The notes beneath the pieces were generated by a model, which did no database searches, was not told the origin of the DNA, and worked only from the letters and a program-made list of their open reading frames with translations. From assembly GCA_016178055.1 (NCBI GenBank), contig JACOUC010000048.1:425-64424 (forward strand): DNA of 64,000 nt, read 5' to 3'. The DNA comes from Chlamydiota bacterium. Lineage in GTDB: Bacteria; Auribacterota; JACPWU01. Shown piece by piece: positions 24,814-34,580 of the stretch; position 1 is the first letter of the stretch, and every line of letters starts with the position of its first letter. The translations under genes and the position numbers were made by a program.

Positions 24814-27800
24814 GTGGGAAATGCGAAAAAGAGAAAATCAAATCATTCTTGTTTAGATGTAAAGTTCTTAAAAGATAATCTCCTCTCTGGGAAGTACACC
24901 TCTCAAATTAGCCGTTTCCTTCGTCAATGTGGTTTTTCTGATCCTGATCAAGCTTTTCGTGACCTCGCTTCATTAATTAAAGAAACCCGTTCTCAAGAAG
25001 AAGGTCTGGATCTCATTCATTTTCTTTTACCTCTTTTTGGAAAAATTCCTTCTCCCAATCAGGCCTTAAATTATTTCGAGCGATTTGCCTGCGTTCATAC
25101 CCATCCCGAGATGTTGTATTCTTTTTTGAAAAAGGTTCCGCGTACGCGTGAGATTCTAGTCCATCTTTTCTCAATGAGTCCTGCCCTTTCTGAAAGTTTA
25201 ATTAAAAACCCAGAATATTTTTCTTGGGTTTTTGACCCCCAAATTCTTGAGGTTTCGTGGGATAAAGAGGCCTTTCGTCAAGATATTGACAATACCCTTA
25301 AGAATCTGATGTCCTGGCCTGCCCGGCTCAATGCGCTTAAAAGGTTTAAACGTCGTCACATGCTTCGAATCGGTCTTAAGGATTTGCTTCAAAAAGAGTC
25401 AATCGAAGAAACAATATGCGAGCTATCCCTTCTTGCCGATATTTGCTTGGAATGGGCGTATCAATTTTCCAAAGAGGACATGGAAAAGAAATTTGGTTCT
25501 CCCAAAAATGAAAATGAACCTCATCAAATTTCTAATTTGGCTGTGATTGCGATGGGGAAATGGGGAGGGCTTGAACTGAATTTCAGTTCGGATATCGATA
25601 TGATGTTTGTTTATTCCTTTGAGGGGAAAACATCCGGAGGAAATTTGGGAGTTTTAGATAACCATATTTTTTTCACTCAGTTGGCTCAAGGCATTTTAAA
25701 AATATTAAGCGAGAGAACTCAAGAAGGCTATCTTTATCGTGTGGATACGCGTCTAAGACCTGAAGGGCCGACCGGACCCTTGGTCAGGTCTCTCGAGAGT
25801 TATGAACATTATTATGCAAGTTGGGGAGCCAGTTGGGAAAGGCAGGCCTTGATGAAGGGAAGATGTGCGGCTGGAGATGAACAGATGGGCGAGGAATTTT
25901 TAAAGAGGGTAGAACCTTTTATCTATCGAAAGTACATGGATCACATGGCCCTTGAGGATATGAGGCTTATTAAAACAAAAATTGATGAGGAGGTCGCAGG
26001 TCGAAACAAGAAGGGGAGGGATGTTAAATTGGGGGAAGGGGGTATTCGTGAAATTGAATTTGGGGTCCAAATTCTCCAGCTTCTTTATGGCGGAAAGAGG
26101 GAGTCTTTAAGACAAAGAGGCTCGCTTGACGCCCTTTTTTATTTGGCCAAATCAGGTCTTCTTCAAGAAAAAACATCGCAAAATTTGAAGCGCGCTTATC
26201 TTTTTTTGAGGCGTGTTGAGCATGCACTTCAACTTGAATTTGAAAGACAGACGCATGTCTTGCCAGAAGATTCAAAAAAACTTTTTCTTTTTAGTCAATG
26301 TTTAGGTTATTCGACTCCCGAGGCCTTTTTAAGAGATTATGATCGAGAGACTCAATGGGTTCATCAATTTTATCAGGATCTTTTTAAGTCTTTGAGCTTT
26401 TTAAAAAGTGGGGATCATTCGTCTATTTTATTCGGACATCTTTTTGAGAGAAAGCGTCTTTCCGAAGAGGAGGAAGTTCTCTTAACAAATTGTGGGTTCA
26501 AGAATATTGAAAGTGCTAAGCGCAATTTGCTTCTCCTTCGAAATGGAACCGAGGAAGTTCTTGTATCAGCCGATTCAAAAATCTTTCAAGAAATCCTTCC
26601 TCAATTCATCGAGTCTTTAAAGAAGGCATTGGATCCAGATCAAGCCCTCATTGGCTTTGAACGTTTTGTCTCTTCCTATAAAGCCAGGCATGTTTTCTAT
26701 GAAATGTTGAGAGCTTCCCCTCGTATCTTAGATCTTTTAATCATGCTTTTTGGAACCAGCCTTCTTTTAACAGAAATTTTAATCAGAAATCCAAATTATT
26801 TTGACTGTCTTACCTCCGGGATTTTAGACGAGAAGGGTTTAGACGAGGCAAGGCATTCAGGTCTTTTAGAAGTGATCGATAGCTCCATCTCTTTGGAAAA
26901 AAAGATTATGGCTTTGAGTGATTACAAAAATTTAGAGATGTTAAAAACAGGCTTAAGGGACATTTTAGGTTTTAATCTTTGCATGGAAATCCTCGAACAG
27001 TTGAGTCTCTTAGCTGAAAGAATGGTAGGGGATGCTTTTAAGATGGCCGTTCAAATTTTTAGAAAAAGGTATCGAAAAAAACCCCCTTCTTTTGGAGTGG
27101 TCGGACTTGGAAAGTTAGGGGGAAGGGAATTGGGGTATGGTTCTGATCTAGATATTGTTTTTGTTTGTGAAACGGATGCAGCTCATTTGGAGGATGCAAA
27201 TAGACTGGGTTCAATTATCTTAGAGATTCTTGAGAGGAGTTCTTTAGAGGGACCGATTTATAAAATGGATCCTCGACTAAGACCGGATGGAAGCAAAGGT
27301 CCTTTGGTTCAAGACATTGAAACATTTAAATCTTATTATCAGAATTCTAATTCAATTTGGGAAAGAATGGCCTTGACGCGTGCCCGATGGATTGTGGGAA
27401 TAGATTCTTTAGGGAAAAACATCATGAAAATTCTAGGAGATTTTATCTTCAAATCTCCCGTGAGTCAGAGTCAGGCACAAGAAATTAGAAGTATTCGAGA
27501 CCAGATTGTCCAGGAACGTTGTCGAGGGGTTCGAGAAGGTTTTGAACTAAAATCAGGGCTGGGAGGTTTATTGGACATTGAATTTTTGGCCCAATTTCTT
27601 CAATTAAAATGGGGTCGAAAATATTCAGAGTTAAAAGAGACACATACCTTGAAATTACTTGAGAAACTTTCTTCTAGAAATCTTATTTCAGGTGAAGAAG
27701 TTGATTTTTTGATGAAAGCCTATCTTTTTTATCGGGAGGTGGAATGCACTTTGCGTCTCATTAAAAATCGTCCAACGGATTTTCTTCCAAAGGATGAAGA

Positions 27801-27942
27801 ATTAGTGATTAAAATTCAAAGGAAGATGAATAGGGCTCTTGATCCCGAGCAATTTTATAAGTTGTTAGACCATTTTGCAACAAGGGTCAGACATATTTAT
27901 GATCAAAATTTGATTGTAAAAAGGAGTGAGAATGAAAATTAA
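24814..27942 (+). CDS. glnE: Glutamine synthetase adenylyltransferase/adenylyl-removing enzyme
   Basis: Two nucleotidyltransferase modules (GKWGGLELNFSSDIDMMFVY and GKLGGRELGYGSDLDIVFV). About 1040 aa. The start codon (GTG 24814) is uncertain. Confidence 0.85.
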   Translation: MGNAKKRKSNHSCLDVKFLKDNLLSGKYTSQISRFLRQCGFSDPDQAFRDLASLIKETRSQEEGLDLIHFLLPLFGKIPSPNQALNYFERFACVHTHPEMLYSFLKKVPRTREILVHLFSMSPALSESLIKNPEYFSWVFDPQILEVSWDKEAFRQDIDNTLKNLMSWPARLNALKRFKRRHMLRIGLKDLLQKESIEETICELSLLADICLEWAYQFSKEDMEKKFGSPKNENEPHQISNLAVIAMGKWGGLELNFSSDIDMMFVYSFEGKTSGGNLGVLDNHIFFTQLAQGILKILSERTQEGYLYRVDTRLRPEGPTGPLVRSLESYEHYYASWGASWERQALMKGRCAAGDEQMGEEFLKRVEPFIYRKYMDHMALEDMRLIKTKIDEEVAGRNKKGRDVKLGEGGIREIEFGVQILQLLYGGKRESLRQRGSLDALFYLAKSGLLQEKTSQNLKRAYLFLRRVEHALQLEFERQTHVLPEDSKKLFLFSQCLGYSTPEAFLRDYDRETQWVHQFYQDLFKSLSFLKSGDHSSILFGHLFERKRLSEEEEVLLTNCGFKNIESAKRNLLLLRNGTEEVLVSADSKIFQEILPQFIESLKKALDPDQALIGFERFVSSYKARHVFYEMLRASPRILDLLIMLFGTSLLLTEILIRNPNYFDCLTSGILDEKGLDEARHSGLLEVIDSSISLEKKIMALSDYKNLEMLKTGLRDILGFNLCMEILEQLSLLAERMVGDAFKMAVQIFRKRYRKKPPSFGVVGLGKLGGRELGYGSDLDIVFVCETDAAHLEDANRLGSIILEILERSSLEGPIYKMDPRLRPDGSKGPLVQDIETFKSYYQNSNSIWERMALTRARWIVGIDSLGKNIMKILGDFIFKSPVSQSQAQEIRSIRDQIVQERCRGVREGFELKSGLGGLLDIEFLAQFLQLKWGRKYSELKETHTLKLLEKLSSRNLISGEEVDFLMKAYLFYREVECTLRLIKNRPTDFLPKDEELVIKIQRKMNRALDPEQFYKLLDHFATRVRHIYDQNLIVKRSENEN

Positions 27943-28426
27943 AAAAGTGTTGAGAAGTTTTTTTTTAAAGAGGGGGTTGATAGGGTTTTTATTTTTCTTG
28001 TCCTTTTTGCATATAGGAAAATCAGACGATAAAAATTATTACGTGACTCGAGTGATTGATGGAGACACGATTGAGCTTGAGACTGGGGAGCTTGTCCGAT
28101 ATATCGGAATCGACACCCCTGAAGTCAGAGAAAAAAAGAATGGACGTTGGATTTATCGACCTCAGCCTTTTGCTGAAGAGGCAAAGGCCCTTAATGAAAA
28201 ATGGGTAGAAGGGAAAAAAGTTCATCTTGAACGAGATGTTGAGAAATTTGATAAATATGGTCGCGTGCTCGCTTATGTGTATGTCGATGACTTTTTTGTT
28301 AATGAAGCATTGGTTCGTCAGGGATATGCGAGGCTTTTAACCATTCGTCCTGACGTGAAACATGCCCATGATTTTAAGAAGGCCTTGGAGGAAGCTAAAA
28401 AAAATCACCGAGGGATGTGGAAGTGA
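27926..28426 (+). CDS. Membrane-anchored thermonuclease (SNase-like)
   Basis: VIDGDTIEL...RYIGIDTPE...YGRVLAYVY...LVRQGYA are staphylococcal-nuclease motifs. N-terminal TM. Overlaps the glnE stop by 17 nt. Confidence 0.8.
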   Translation: MRMKIKKVLRSFFLKRGLIGFLFFLSFLHIGKSDDKNYYVTRVIDGDTIELETGELVRYIGIDTPEVREKKNGRWIYRPQPFAEEAKALNEKWVEGKKVHLERDVEKFDKYGRVLAYVYVDDFFVNEALVRQGYARLLTIRPDVKHAHDFKKALEEAKKNHRGMWK

Positions 28427-28453
28427 AAAGGCGTTTTGGAATAGTTTAGTTTC

Positions 28454-28602
28454 GGGAACCGAGGCAGTTTCTGTCGGGGACGCTCGTCTGAGACCAGCGA
28501 TCGGGACGAGCTCGGGCTGAGTCGTTCGCTCTAGCTCGACTATTTGTCGAAGTACCCTGCTCGCGAGCGACTTCAACGCCCCCAAAAACCGCCTCGGTTC
28601 CC
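28454..28602. repeat. GC-rich structured island (R2) closed by a 12-bp stem
   Basis: gggaaccgaggc (28454-28465) pairs with gcctcggttccc (28591-28602). Internal helices gctcgtc/gacgagc, gggg/cccc, tcgac-tatttg-tcga. Confidence 0.6.
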
Positions 28603-28722
28603 TTGAAGGAGAATGGCATTTATAAACTATTACGGTGTTTTGTAAGATTGACATATATCCAAAATTCTGCGATAGAAAAATTAAATTGGGTGGAAAACCT
28701 TTGAAGATGAAGTCTCCCGCTT

Positions 28723-28783
28723 GTCATTGCGAAGCAATCTTGGGCGGACAGACGAGATTGATTCGGATCTGCCTCGCAATGAC
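28723..28783. repeat. GC-rich hairpin (R3), cattgcga-type
   Basis: gtcattgcgaagc pairs with gcctcgcaatgac (12 of 13). Confidence 0.6.
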
Positions 28784-28807
28784 GGCTTTCTATCGCTGTT
28801 TTCGGGT

Positions 28808-28841
28808 ATATATTTTCCGAGCTATATCTCGGAAAATATAT
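28808..28841. repeat. Perfect 14-bp inverted repeat
   Basis: atatattttccgag-ctatat-ctcggaaaatatat. Confidence 0.8.
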
Positions 28842-28936
28842 TGATTTTCATAACCTATTGCAGTAGAAGATGATTTGTGAATAGAGTTCTTCAAAAATCT
28901 CTATGAATAATAAGGGGTATGGTATGTACGAGGTAA

Positions 28937-28984
28937 GAAAAAAAGACAGCGGATATGTTTTTCTCTCGAACGCTATCCGCTGTC
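28937..28984 (-). terminator. Rho-independent terminator of glnB-glnA
   Basis: Minus strand reads gacagcggata-(18 nt)-tatccgctgtc followed by ttttttt. Lies 17 nt after the glnA stop. Confidence 0.8.
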
Positions 28985-29000
28985 CGCTAAACGCTATACC

Positions 29001-30413
29001 TTAAGCATCATAATACAAGAAGAATTCATAAGGATGGGGTCTTAAACGGACCGCATCAAACTCATTTCTGGTCTTGTACTCGATCCATGTATCAAGCACA
29101 TCCTGTGTAAAAACATCTCCCTTGAGTAAGAATTCATGATCCTTTTCTAAGGCTTTCAACGAAGCGTCAAGAGAAGAAGGAACACTGGGTACCTTCTTTA
29201 ATTCCTGAGGAGGAAGATCATAAATGTTCTTGTCCAAAGGTTCCCCGGGATGAATCTTATTTTGAATTCCATCGAGCCCGGCCATTAACATGGCTGAAAA
29301 AGCCAAGTAAGGGTTGCAGGAAGGATCCGGAAACCGGACTTCAATGCGTTTGGCTTTGGGATTGGCCGAATACATTGGAATACGAATGGAAGCACTTCGA
29401 TTTCTCGAAGAGTAAGCGAGGTTGACCGGAGCTTCATAGCCCGGAACCAATCTCTTGTAAGAGTTGGTTGTGGGTGCAACAATCGCGCAGAGCGCTGCTG
29501 CATGCTTGAGAATGCCTCCGATATAATAAAGACACATATCGCTTAAACCTGCATAACCCTTTCCAGCAAAGAGGGGTTTTCCACCCTTCCAAATACTTTG
29601 ATGGGTATGCATTCCTGAACCGTTATCTCCAAAGAGAGGCTTGGGCATAAAGGTCGCTGTTTTTCCATACTTCCAGGCGATATTTTTAACAACGTACTTG
29701 TAAAGCATGGTTTTATCAGCCATACGTGTTAGTGAATCGAACCGAAGATCAATTTCAGCCTGACCGGCCGTTGCAACTTCATGATGCTGGCGTTCAATGG
29801 TAATTCCACATTGTTCCATGACCATGATCATTTCATTTCGAATGTCCTGAAGTTGATCCGTTGGGGCAACAGGAAAATAACCTTCTTTATGCCGGGGCTT
29901 ATAGCCGAGATTTGGAAGATCACTTCTTCCACTTTCCCAAATACCTTCTCGAGATTCGATGTGGTAATAACCTTCATGGCTATTTTGATCAAAACGAACA
30001 CCGTCAAAAATAAAAAACTCAGGTTCAGGTCCAATGTAAGCAGTATCGCCCAGTCCTGTGCTCTTAAGATAACTTTCGGCCTTCTGAGCAATATTGCGAG
30101 GATCTCGGGTATAACGCTCCTTGGTAATGGGGTCAATGATGTTACATAATAGAGAGAGGGTAGGTCTTTGATTAAAAGGATCGATCATAGCGGTGTCAGG
30201 ATCTGGCATCACCAACATGTCACTGGCGTGAATGGCTTGCCAGCCACGGATACTGGAACCATCAAATCCAAGTCCTTCTTCAAAAACTTCTTCTGTCAAT
30301 TCATGAGTTGGGACAGAAAAATGCTGCCACGTCCCTGGGAAATCGTTGAATTTCAGATCAACGATTTGAATTTTTTTTTCCTTGAGCATCTGTATCACTT
30401 CTTTTGCTGTCAT
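29001..30413 (-). CDS. glnA: Glutamine synthetase type I
   Basis: GSI motifs throughout. [10 protein letters not shown] keeps the adenylylation Tyr. RBS aggagg 9 nt upstream of ATG 30413. Confidence 0.95.
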   Translation of the reverse strand: MTAKEVIQMLKEKKIQIVDLKFNDFPGTWQHFSVPTHELTEEVFEEGLGFDGSSIRGWQAIHASDMLVMPDPDTAMIDPFNQRPTLSLLCNIIDPITKERYTRDPRNIAQKAESYLKSTGLGDTAYIGPEPEFFIFDGVRFDQNSHEGYYHIESREGIWESGRSDLPNLGYKPRHKEGYFPVAPTDQLQDIRNEMIMVMEQCGITIERQHHEVATAGQAEIDLRFDSLTRMADKTMLYKYVVKNIAWKYGKTATFMPKPLFGDNGSGMHTHQSIWKGGKPLFAGKGYAGLSDMCLYYIGGILKHAAALCAIVAPTTNSYKRLVPGYEAPVNLAYSSRNRSASIRIPMYSANPKAKRIEVRFPDPSCNPYLAFSAMLMAGLDGIQNKIHPGEPLDKNIYDLPPQELKKVPSVPSSLDASLKALEKDHEFLLKGDVFTQDVLDTWIEYKTRNEFDAVRLRPHPYEFFLYYDA

Positions 30414-30440
30414 CTTAAAGCGCCTCCTTTTTAGACTCAA

Positions 30441-30788
<348 letters not shown>

Positions 30789-30897
30789 CTATTCTAACGG
30801 GCCAGAAAAACCCGAACATCCTAGCAACTTTTGTTTTTAAGTTAAACAAATTTATTTGTTTAATAATAAACACTGCATAAATTCATTAGCAATTTTA

Positions 30898-30913
30898 AGC
30901 AATTTTAGTGCCG
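30898..30913 (-). promoter_or_regulatory. Sigma-54 promoter candidate for glnB-glnA
   Basis: Minus strand cGGCAC-taaaa-TTGCT matches TGGCAC-N5-TTGCW in everything except the first T. About 120 nt upstream of glnB. Confidence 0.65.
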
Positions 30914-30990
30914 AAATTTTTGAGCTAAATTTACTTATGCTTACGAAATATTTTTGATGTTTTTTGATCAGGTTGGAGAAAAAGGAACAG

Positions 30991-31030
30991 CTTAAAAAAG
31001 TTAAAAGTTTAAAGTTGAAAGTTAAAAGAA
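30991..31030. repeat. Heptamer array, GTTYAAA flavour, single arm (K2)
   Basis: aaaaagt|taaaagt|ttaaagt|tgaaagt|taaaaga. Confidence 0.6.
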
Positions 31031-31606
31031 CTACTCTTCTAACTCCTGCTTCTCACTTTTTTTAAATAAATTTAGTATCGTCTTGAACCAATTATTCTTT
31101 GATGAAAGATTTTTTTGGCGTAGGGCCTCAAAGTCAGGGCGATAAAAACGCCTTTTATCCAATTCTTTCTGCTCTTTTTGAATCTTTTCGATCGTTCGCC
31201 TTTCGGATAACGATGGATCCGAGATTAGGGCTTTTTCCATTTGTTGATGTCCTTTGGCAATAATCCCCAGACGGTAATAGAGCTGACCGAGCTGAATGTA
31301 TCCTCGAACATATTTTGGATGATTTGAAAGTAAGGCGTCAAAAACTCCAATCGCTTCATAAATCTTGTTATGCATGGCCAGACTCATCGCTACTCCAATC
31401 CAATTTTCCAGATTGTCGGGATTAAGTTCTTTGGCTTTAGAAAAATCAGAGAGGGACAAAGACCAGTTTTTAAGTTGAAAATAGGCTTGTGCACGTCCCT
31501 CGTAGGCATTCGCCTGAAGGGAATTTTGAGCGACACATTCGCTAAAAGCTTCAATCGCTCTTTCGAAGTGTCCTTCTTTTAATTTTTGATAGGCGTTTTC
31601 AATCAT
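31031..31606 (-). CDS. TPR repeat protein
   Basis: Several 34-aa TPR-like units (AYEGRAQAYFQLKNWSLSLSDFSKAKELNPDN and others). Confidence 0.7.
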   Translation of the reverse strand: MIENAYQKLKEGHFERAIEAFSECVAQNSLQANAYEGRAQAYFQLKNWSLSLSDFSKAKELNPDNLENWIGVAMSLAMHNKIYEAIGVFDALLSNHPKYVRGYIQLGQLYYRLGIIAKGHQQMEKALISDPSLSERRTIEKIQKEQKELDKRRFYRPDFEALRQKNLSSKNNWFKTILNLFKKSEKQELEE

Positions 31607-31671
31607 ATAAATTTCAATAATCTTTCTAGATTATCGTTTGGAAGCGAAAGTTCTCCCCATCATACTTTTTT

Positions 31672-31730
31672 TGTAGTCGCCCGATTTATCGGGCAGTCCA
31701 TGTAACGGCCCCATAAATGGGGCGACTACA
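31672..31730. repeat. Composite GC palindrome (two hairpins inside a closing stem)
   Basis: tgtagtc [gcccgat-tt-atcgggc] agtccatgtaacg [gccccat-aa-atggggc] gactaca. Confidence 0.75.
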
Positions 31731-31765
31731 AATCAAAATGGGTCTAATTTAAATTAAATTCTTTT

Positions 31766-31803
31766 AGAAAAGAAAAAGGGCGTGTGGGTCTCCTCACACG
31801 CCC
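31766..31803 (-). terminator. Rho-independent terminator of the glnK-amtB operon
   Basis: Minus strand reads gggcgtgtg-aggagacc-cacacgccc followed by tttttctttt. Confidence 0.75.
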
Positions 31804-31822
31804 TTCATCATATCACATCCCT

Positions 31823-31915
31823 TTATTTACTGAATATGCTCTTCCCTGACTTATATACGCCTAGAGCAATGAAGAGCACAATCGAGACAACTAAAGTAAG
31901 TAATGTTCCGTTCAT
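31823..31915 (-). CDS. 30-aa single-TM micropeptide, apparently translationally coupled to amtB (below ORF-track cutoff)
   Basis: Minus strand reads gaaTAGGAGGatatATG. The AGGAGG overlaps the amtB stop. Product MNGTLLTLVVSIVLFIALGVYKSGKSIFSK. The terminator follows. Confidence 0.45.
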   Translation of the reverse strand: MNGTLLTLVVSIVLFIALGVYKSGKSIFSK

Positions 31916-31923
31916 ATATCCTC

Positions 31924-33537
31924 CTATTCAGCTTTTAATTGGAAATCAGGATAGCACAGAGCGCCCATTTCTGGAATATCGAGTCCTTCCATTTCCGCCT
32001 GAGCACTCGAACGCTGCCCAACCACAGCATCAACAATCCAATTAAACACGAAGGACAGAGTAAATATAATTCCCACGAGTGTAGCGACACCAATGAGCTG
32101 TGCGACGAGCTGACCTGGATCTCCATAAAACAAGCCTTTGACGCCTCCGCTAACCCCATTCCAACTTCCACCGTAATTGCTTCGTCCATCGGCAAAGAGT
32201 CCTACGGAGACAACACCCCATAAACCGTTAACTCCATGAACGGACATAGCTCCGACCGGATCATCGATTCTTGGAACACGGTCAAGGAATTCAACCGATA
32301 AGCATACGAGAATGCCAGCGATCCAACCGATGACGGCTGCAGCCAAGGGATTCACAAAACCACTGGGTGCGGTAATTGCAACGAGTCCTGCCAGTAAGCC
32401 ATTTCCGGCCATTGATGCATCGGGCTTTCCATAGCGCATCCACATGTAAAGAAGAGCTCCGAAAGAACCCGTGCACCCTGCTAACATGGTGTTGACAGCA
32501 ATGCTTCCAATGCGTAAGGCTCCATTACCCGAAGCTCCGAGGGTGCTTCCTGGATTAAATCCAAACCAACCAAACGCAAGGATAAAACATCCGCAAAGGA
32601 CTAAAACGATGTCATGTCCCGGGATGGCATTGGGTGTCCCGTTTTTGTTGAATTTTCCGATGCGAGGACCCAGAATCATTGAGACTGCAAGTGCGGTGAC
32701 GCCTCCGATAGAGTGCACAACACCGGATCCTGCAAAATCACAATATCCATGACCCAGATTAAAGTTAACTCCAAGCTGAGAAAGCCATCCGCATCCCCAA
32801 GCCCAGTTGCCGAATAAAGGATAAACCAGGGCTCCTAAGAAAATGGTGGAAATGCAAAAGGCTGAGTATTTCCAGCGTTCTGCGCAAGAACCTGTCACGA
32901 TGGTGGTGGTGGTATCCATGAATACCATTTGGAATAAGAAAAGAACCAGGGCACCGACATCATAGGTAGTCCCGCTCAAGAAAAACCCCTTTGTGCCAAA
33001 TAAAGCCCATGGCTTTCCAAAAAGATTCATCGTAAATTCACCGTTTAGGGGGTAAACGCCCCCCAAATTTGCGATCGGTGCGCATCCCCCCATTTGAATG
33101 GCAAATCCACAAACGTAATAAGCAAACAACCCTAAGCCATAGACCATAAAATTCATCATCATGGTATGGTTCGCATTTTTTGCTCTTATGAGACCCGTTT
33201 CAACGAGAGCAAAACCAGCCTGCATGAACATCACCAAAAATCCAGCGATCAGTGTCCATACAAAATTAATTGCGATCTTATTTTGTCCCACCTGATTGAC
33301 GAGATCTGCCAGTGACAAACCTTTTTTTGTGTCAGAGATAGTGACATCATTGGCTGTTCCTGTCATCTCTGCTCCAGGATCACCTTTGGCCGCTATTTCA
33401 GTCGTATCAGGACCTTTGACTGCACTTAAATCTTCCTCTGTTAATGCACCTGCCCTTAAGGAAGCAGCGCACGATAAAAATGTGCCGATTCCAATAACGG
33501 CTAGAAGGATTCTGGCCTTCATCTTTAACGATTTCAT
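31924..33537 (-). CDS. amtB: Ammonium transporter with signal peptide and N-terminal extension
   Basis: Amt signature DFAGSGVVH, 11 TM pattern, 537 aa. Confidence 0.9.
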   Translation of the reverse strand: MKSLKMKARILLAVIGIGTFLSCAASLRAGALTEEDLSAVKGPDTTEIAAKGDPGAEMTGTANDVTISDTKKGLSLADLVNQVGQNKIAINFVWTLIAGFLVMFMQAGFALVETGLIRAKNANHTMMMNFMVYGLGLFAYYVCGFAIQMGGCAPIANLGGVYPLNGEFTMNLFGKPWALFGTKGFFLSGTTYDVGALVLFLFQMVFMDTTTTIVTGSCAERWKYSAFCISTIFLGALVYPLFGNWAWGCGWLSQLGVNFNLGHGYCDFAGSGVVHSIGGVTALAVSMILGPRIGKFNKNGTPNAIPGHDIVLVLCGCFILAFGWFGFNPGSTLGASGNGALRIGSIAVNTMLAGCTGSFGALLYMWMRYGKPDASMAGNGLLAGLVAITAPSGFVNPLAAAVIGWIAGILVCLSVEFLDRVPRIDDPVGAMSVHGVNGLWGVVSVGLFADGRSNYGGSWNGVSGGVKGLFYGDPGQLVAQLIGVATLVGIIFTLSFVFNWIVDAVVGQRSSAQAEMEGLDIPEMGALCYPDFQLKAE

Positions 33538-33555
33538 ATCAATTATTCTCCTTTT

Positions 33556-33738
33556 TTATTTCTTCCAGATGGCACGTGCTAAATAATAACGGTTCAAGAT
33601 GCCTAAAATTCCAAAGATCGATACAGCGATACCCGCACAAGCAAAAATAAGCCGGCCGGCATTAGAAGAGGTCATGAATAAGCCAGACATGGCCAGGACC
33701 CAGCCTCCTAATACAAAGAGAATTCCGATCAGTCTCAT
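33556..33738 (-). CDS. Small two-TM membrane protein
   Basis: 60 aa, two hydrophobic helices. ATGA overlap with the upstream small ORF. Sits between glnK and amtB. Confidence 0.55.
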   Translation of the reverse strand: MRLIGILFVLGGWVLAMSGLFMTSSNAGRLIFACAGIAVSIFGILGILNRYYLARAIWKK

Positions 33739-33914
33739 ACACCCTCCTCTCTTCGGGCAGCTCTAAAGGTAAAGCCCGACAATACAATCAATGCTGATCC
33801 TGCAAGTAAGCCGATGATGCCTGTGCCTACCGCAGCCGTTCCAAAAATCGTAAATCCCAGTAAAAACCAGAACACTGCCCACCCGGATTTTTTAGTTGTT
33901 CCTACTACTGCCAT
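33735..33914 (-). CDS. Small two-TM membrane protein
   Basis: Start taken at MAVVGTTKKSG with ggaggac RBS. 59 aa, two helices. Confidence 0.5.
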   Translation of the reverse strand: MAVVGTTKKSGWAVFWFLLGFTIFGTAAVGTGIIGLLAGSALIVLSGFTFRAARREEGV

Positions 33915-33994
33915 AAGTCCTCCTTCTTTCCTTGAAGATTTTAAAACCTGACCCCTTAGAAAAGCCAACAACGACAGGAAAACTCTTCGGTGCT

Positions 33995-34351
<357 letters not shown>

Positions 34352-34423
34352 TTAACAGAAAGCCGTCATCCAGTGATTTTGGATGACAGAACATGTGATC
34401 ATTGTTAACAGAGCTAATAATCT

Positions 34424-34440
34424 AGCATCTTTTATACCAA
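34424..34440 (-). promoter_or_regulatory. Weaker sigma-54 promoter candidate for glnK-amtB
   Basis: Minus strand TGGTAT-aaaag-ATGCT has GG and GC at the correct spacing. About 90 nt upstream of glnK. Confidence 0.4.
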
Positions 34441-34580
34441 CTGCAATAAACTTTTTTTTGAATATAAAAAAACTTTGAAAAAATTTTAAGAGTGGCGATT
34501 TTCTGACAATCTGCTGTAGAAGTAACATTTTTTAGAAACAGATAGAACTTGAAAATCAATTTTGATAAACTGCTTTCTCA

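Noticed and set aside
28454-28602. Assignment of the GC-rich island to a known ncRNA (6S, SRP, RNase P, tmRNA)
   Set aside because: I could not find any diagnostic conserved sequence of those families. The 6S-like idea rests only on size and a closing stem, so the island is kept as unknown.
28337-28654. Tracked 105-aa minus-strand ORF
   Set aside because: It runs straight through the GC-rich hairpin island and the 3' end of the nuclease gene. It has no RBS and a low-complexity product, so it looks like an artefact of a stop-poor GC-rich repeat.
31782-32045. Tracked 87-aa plus-strand ORF
   Set aside because: It is antisense to the amtB 3' end, the coupled micropeptide and the terminator.
34493-34508. 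Sigma-54-like TGGCGA-ttttc-TGACA upstream of the APC permease
   Set aside because: It lacks the essential GC dinucleotide of the -12 element.
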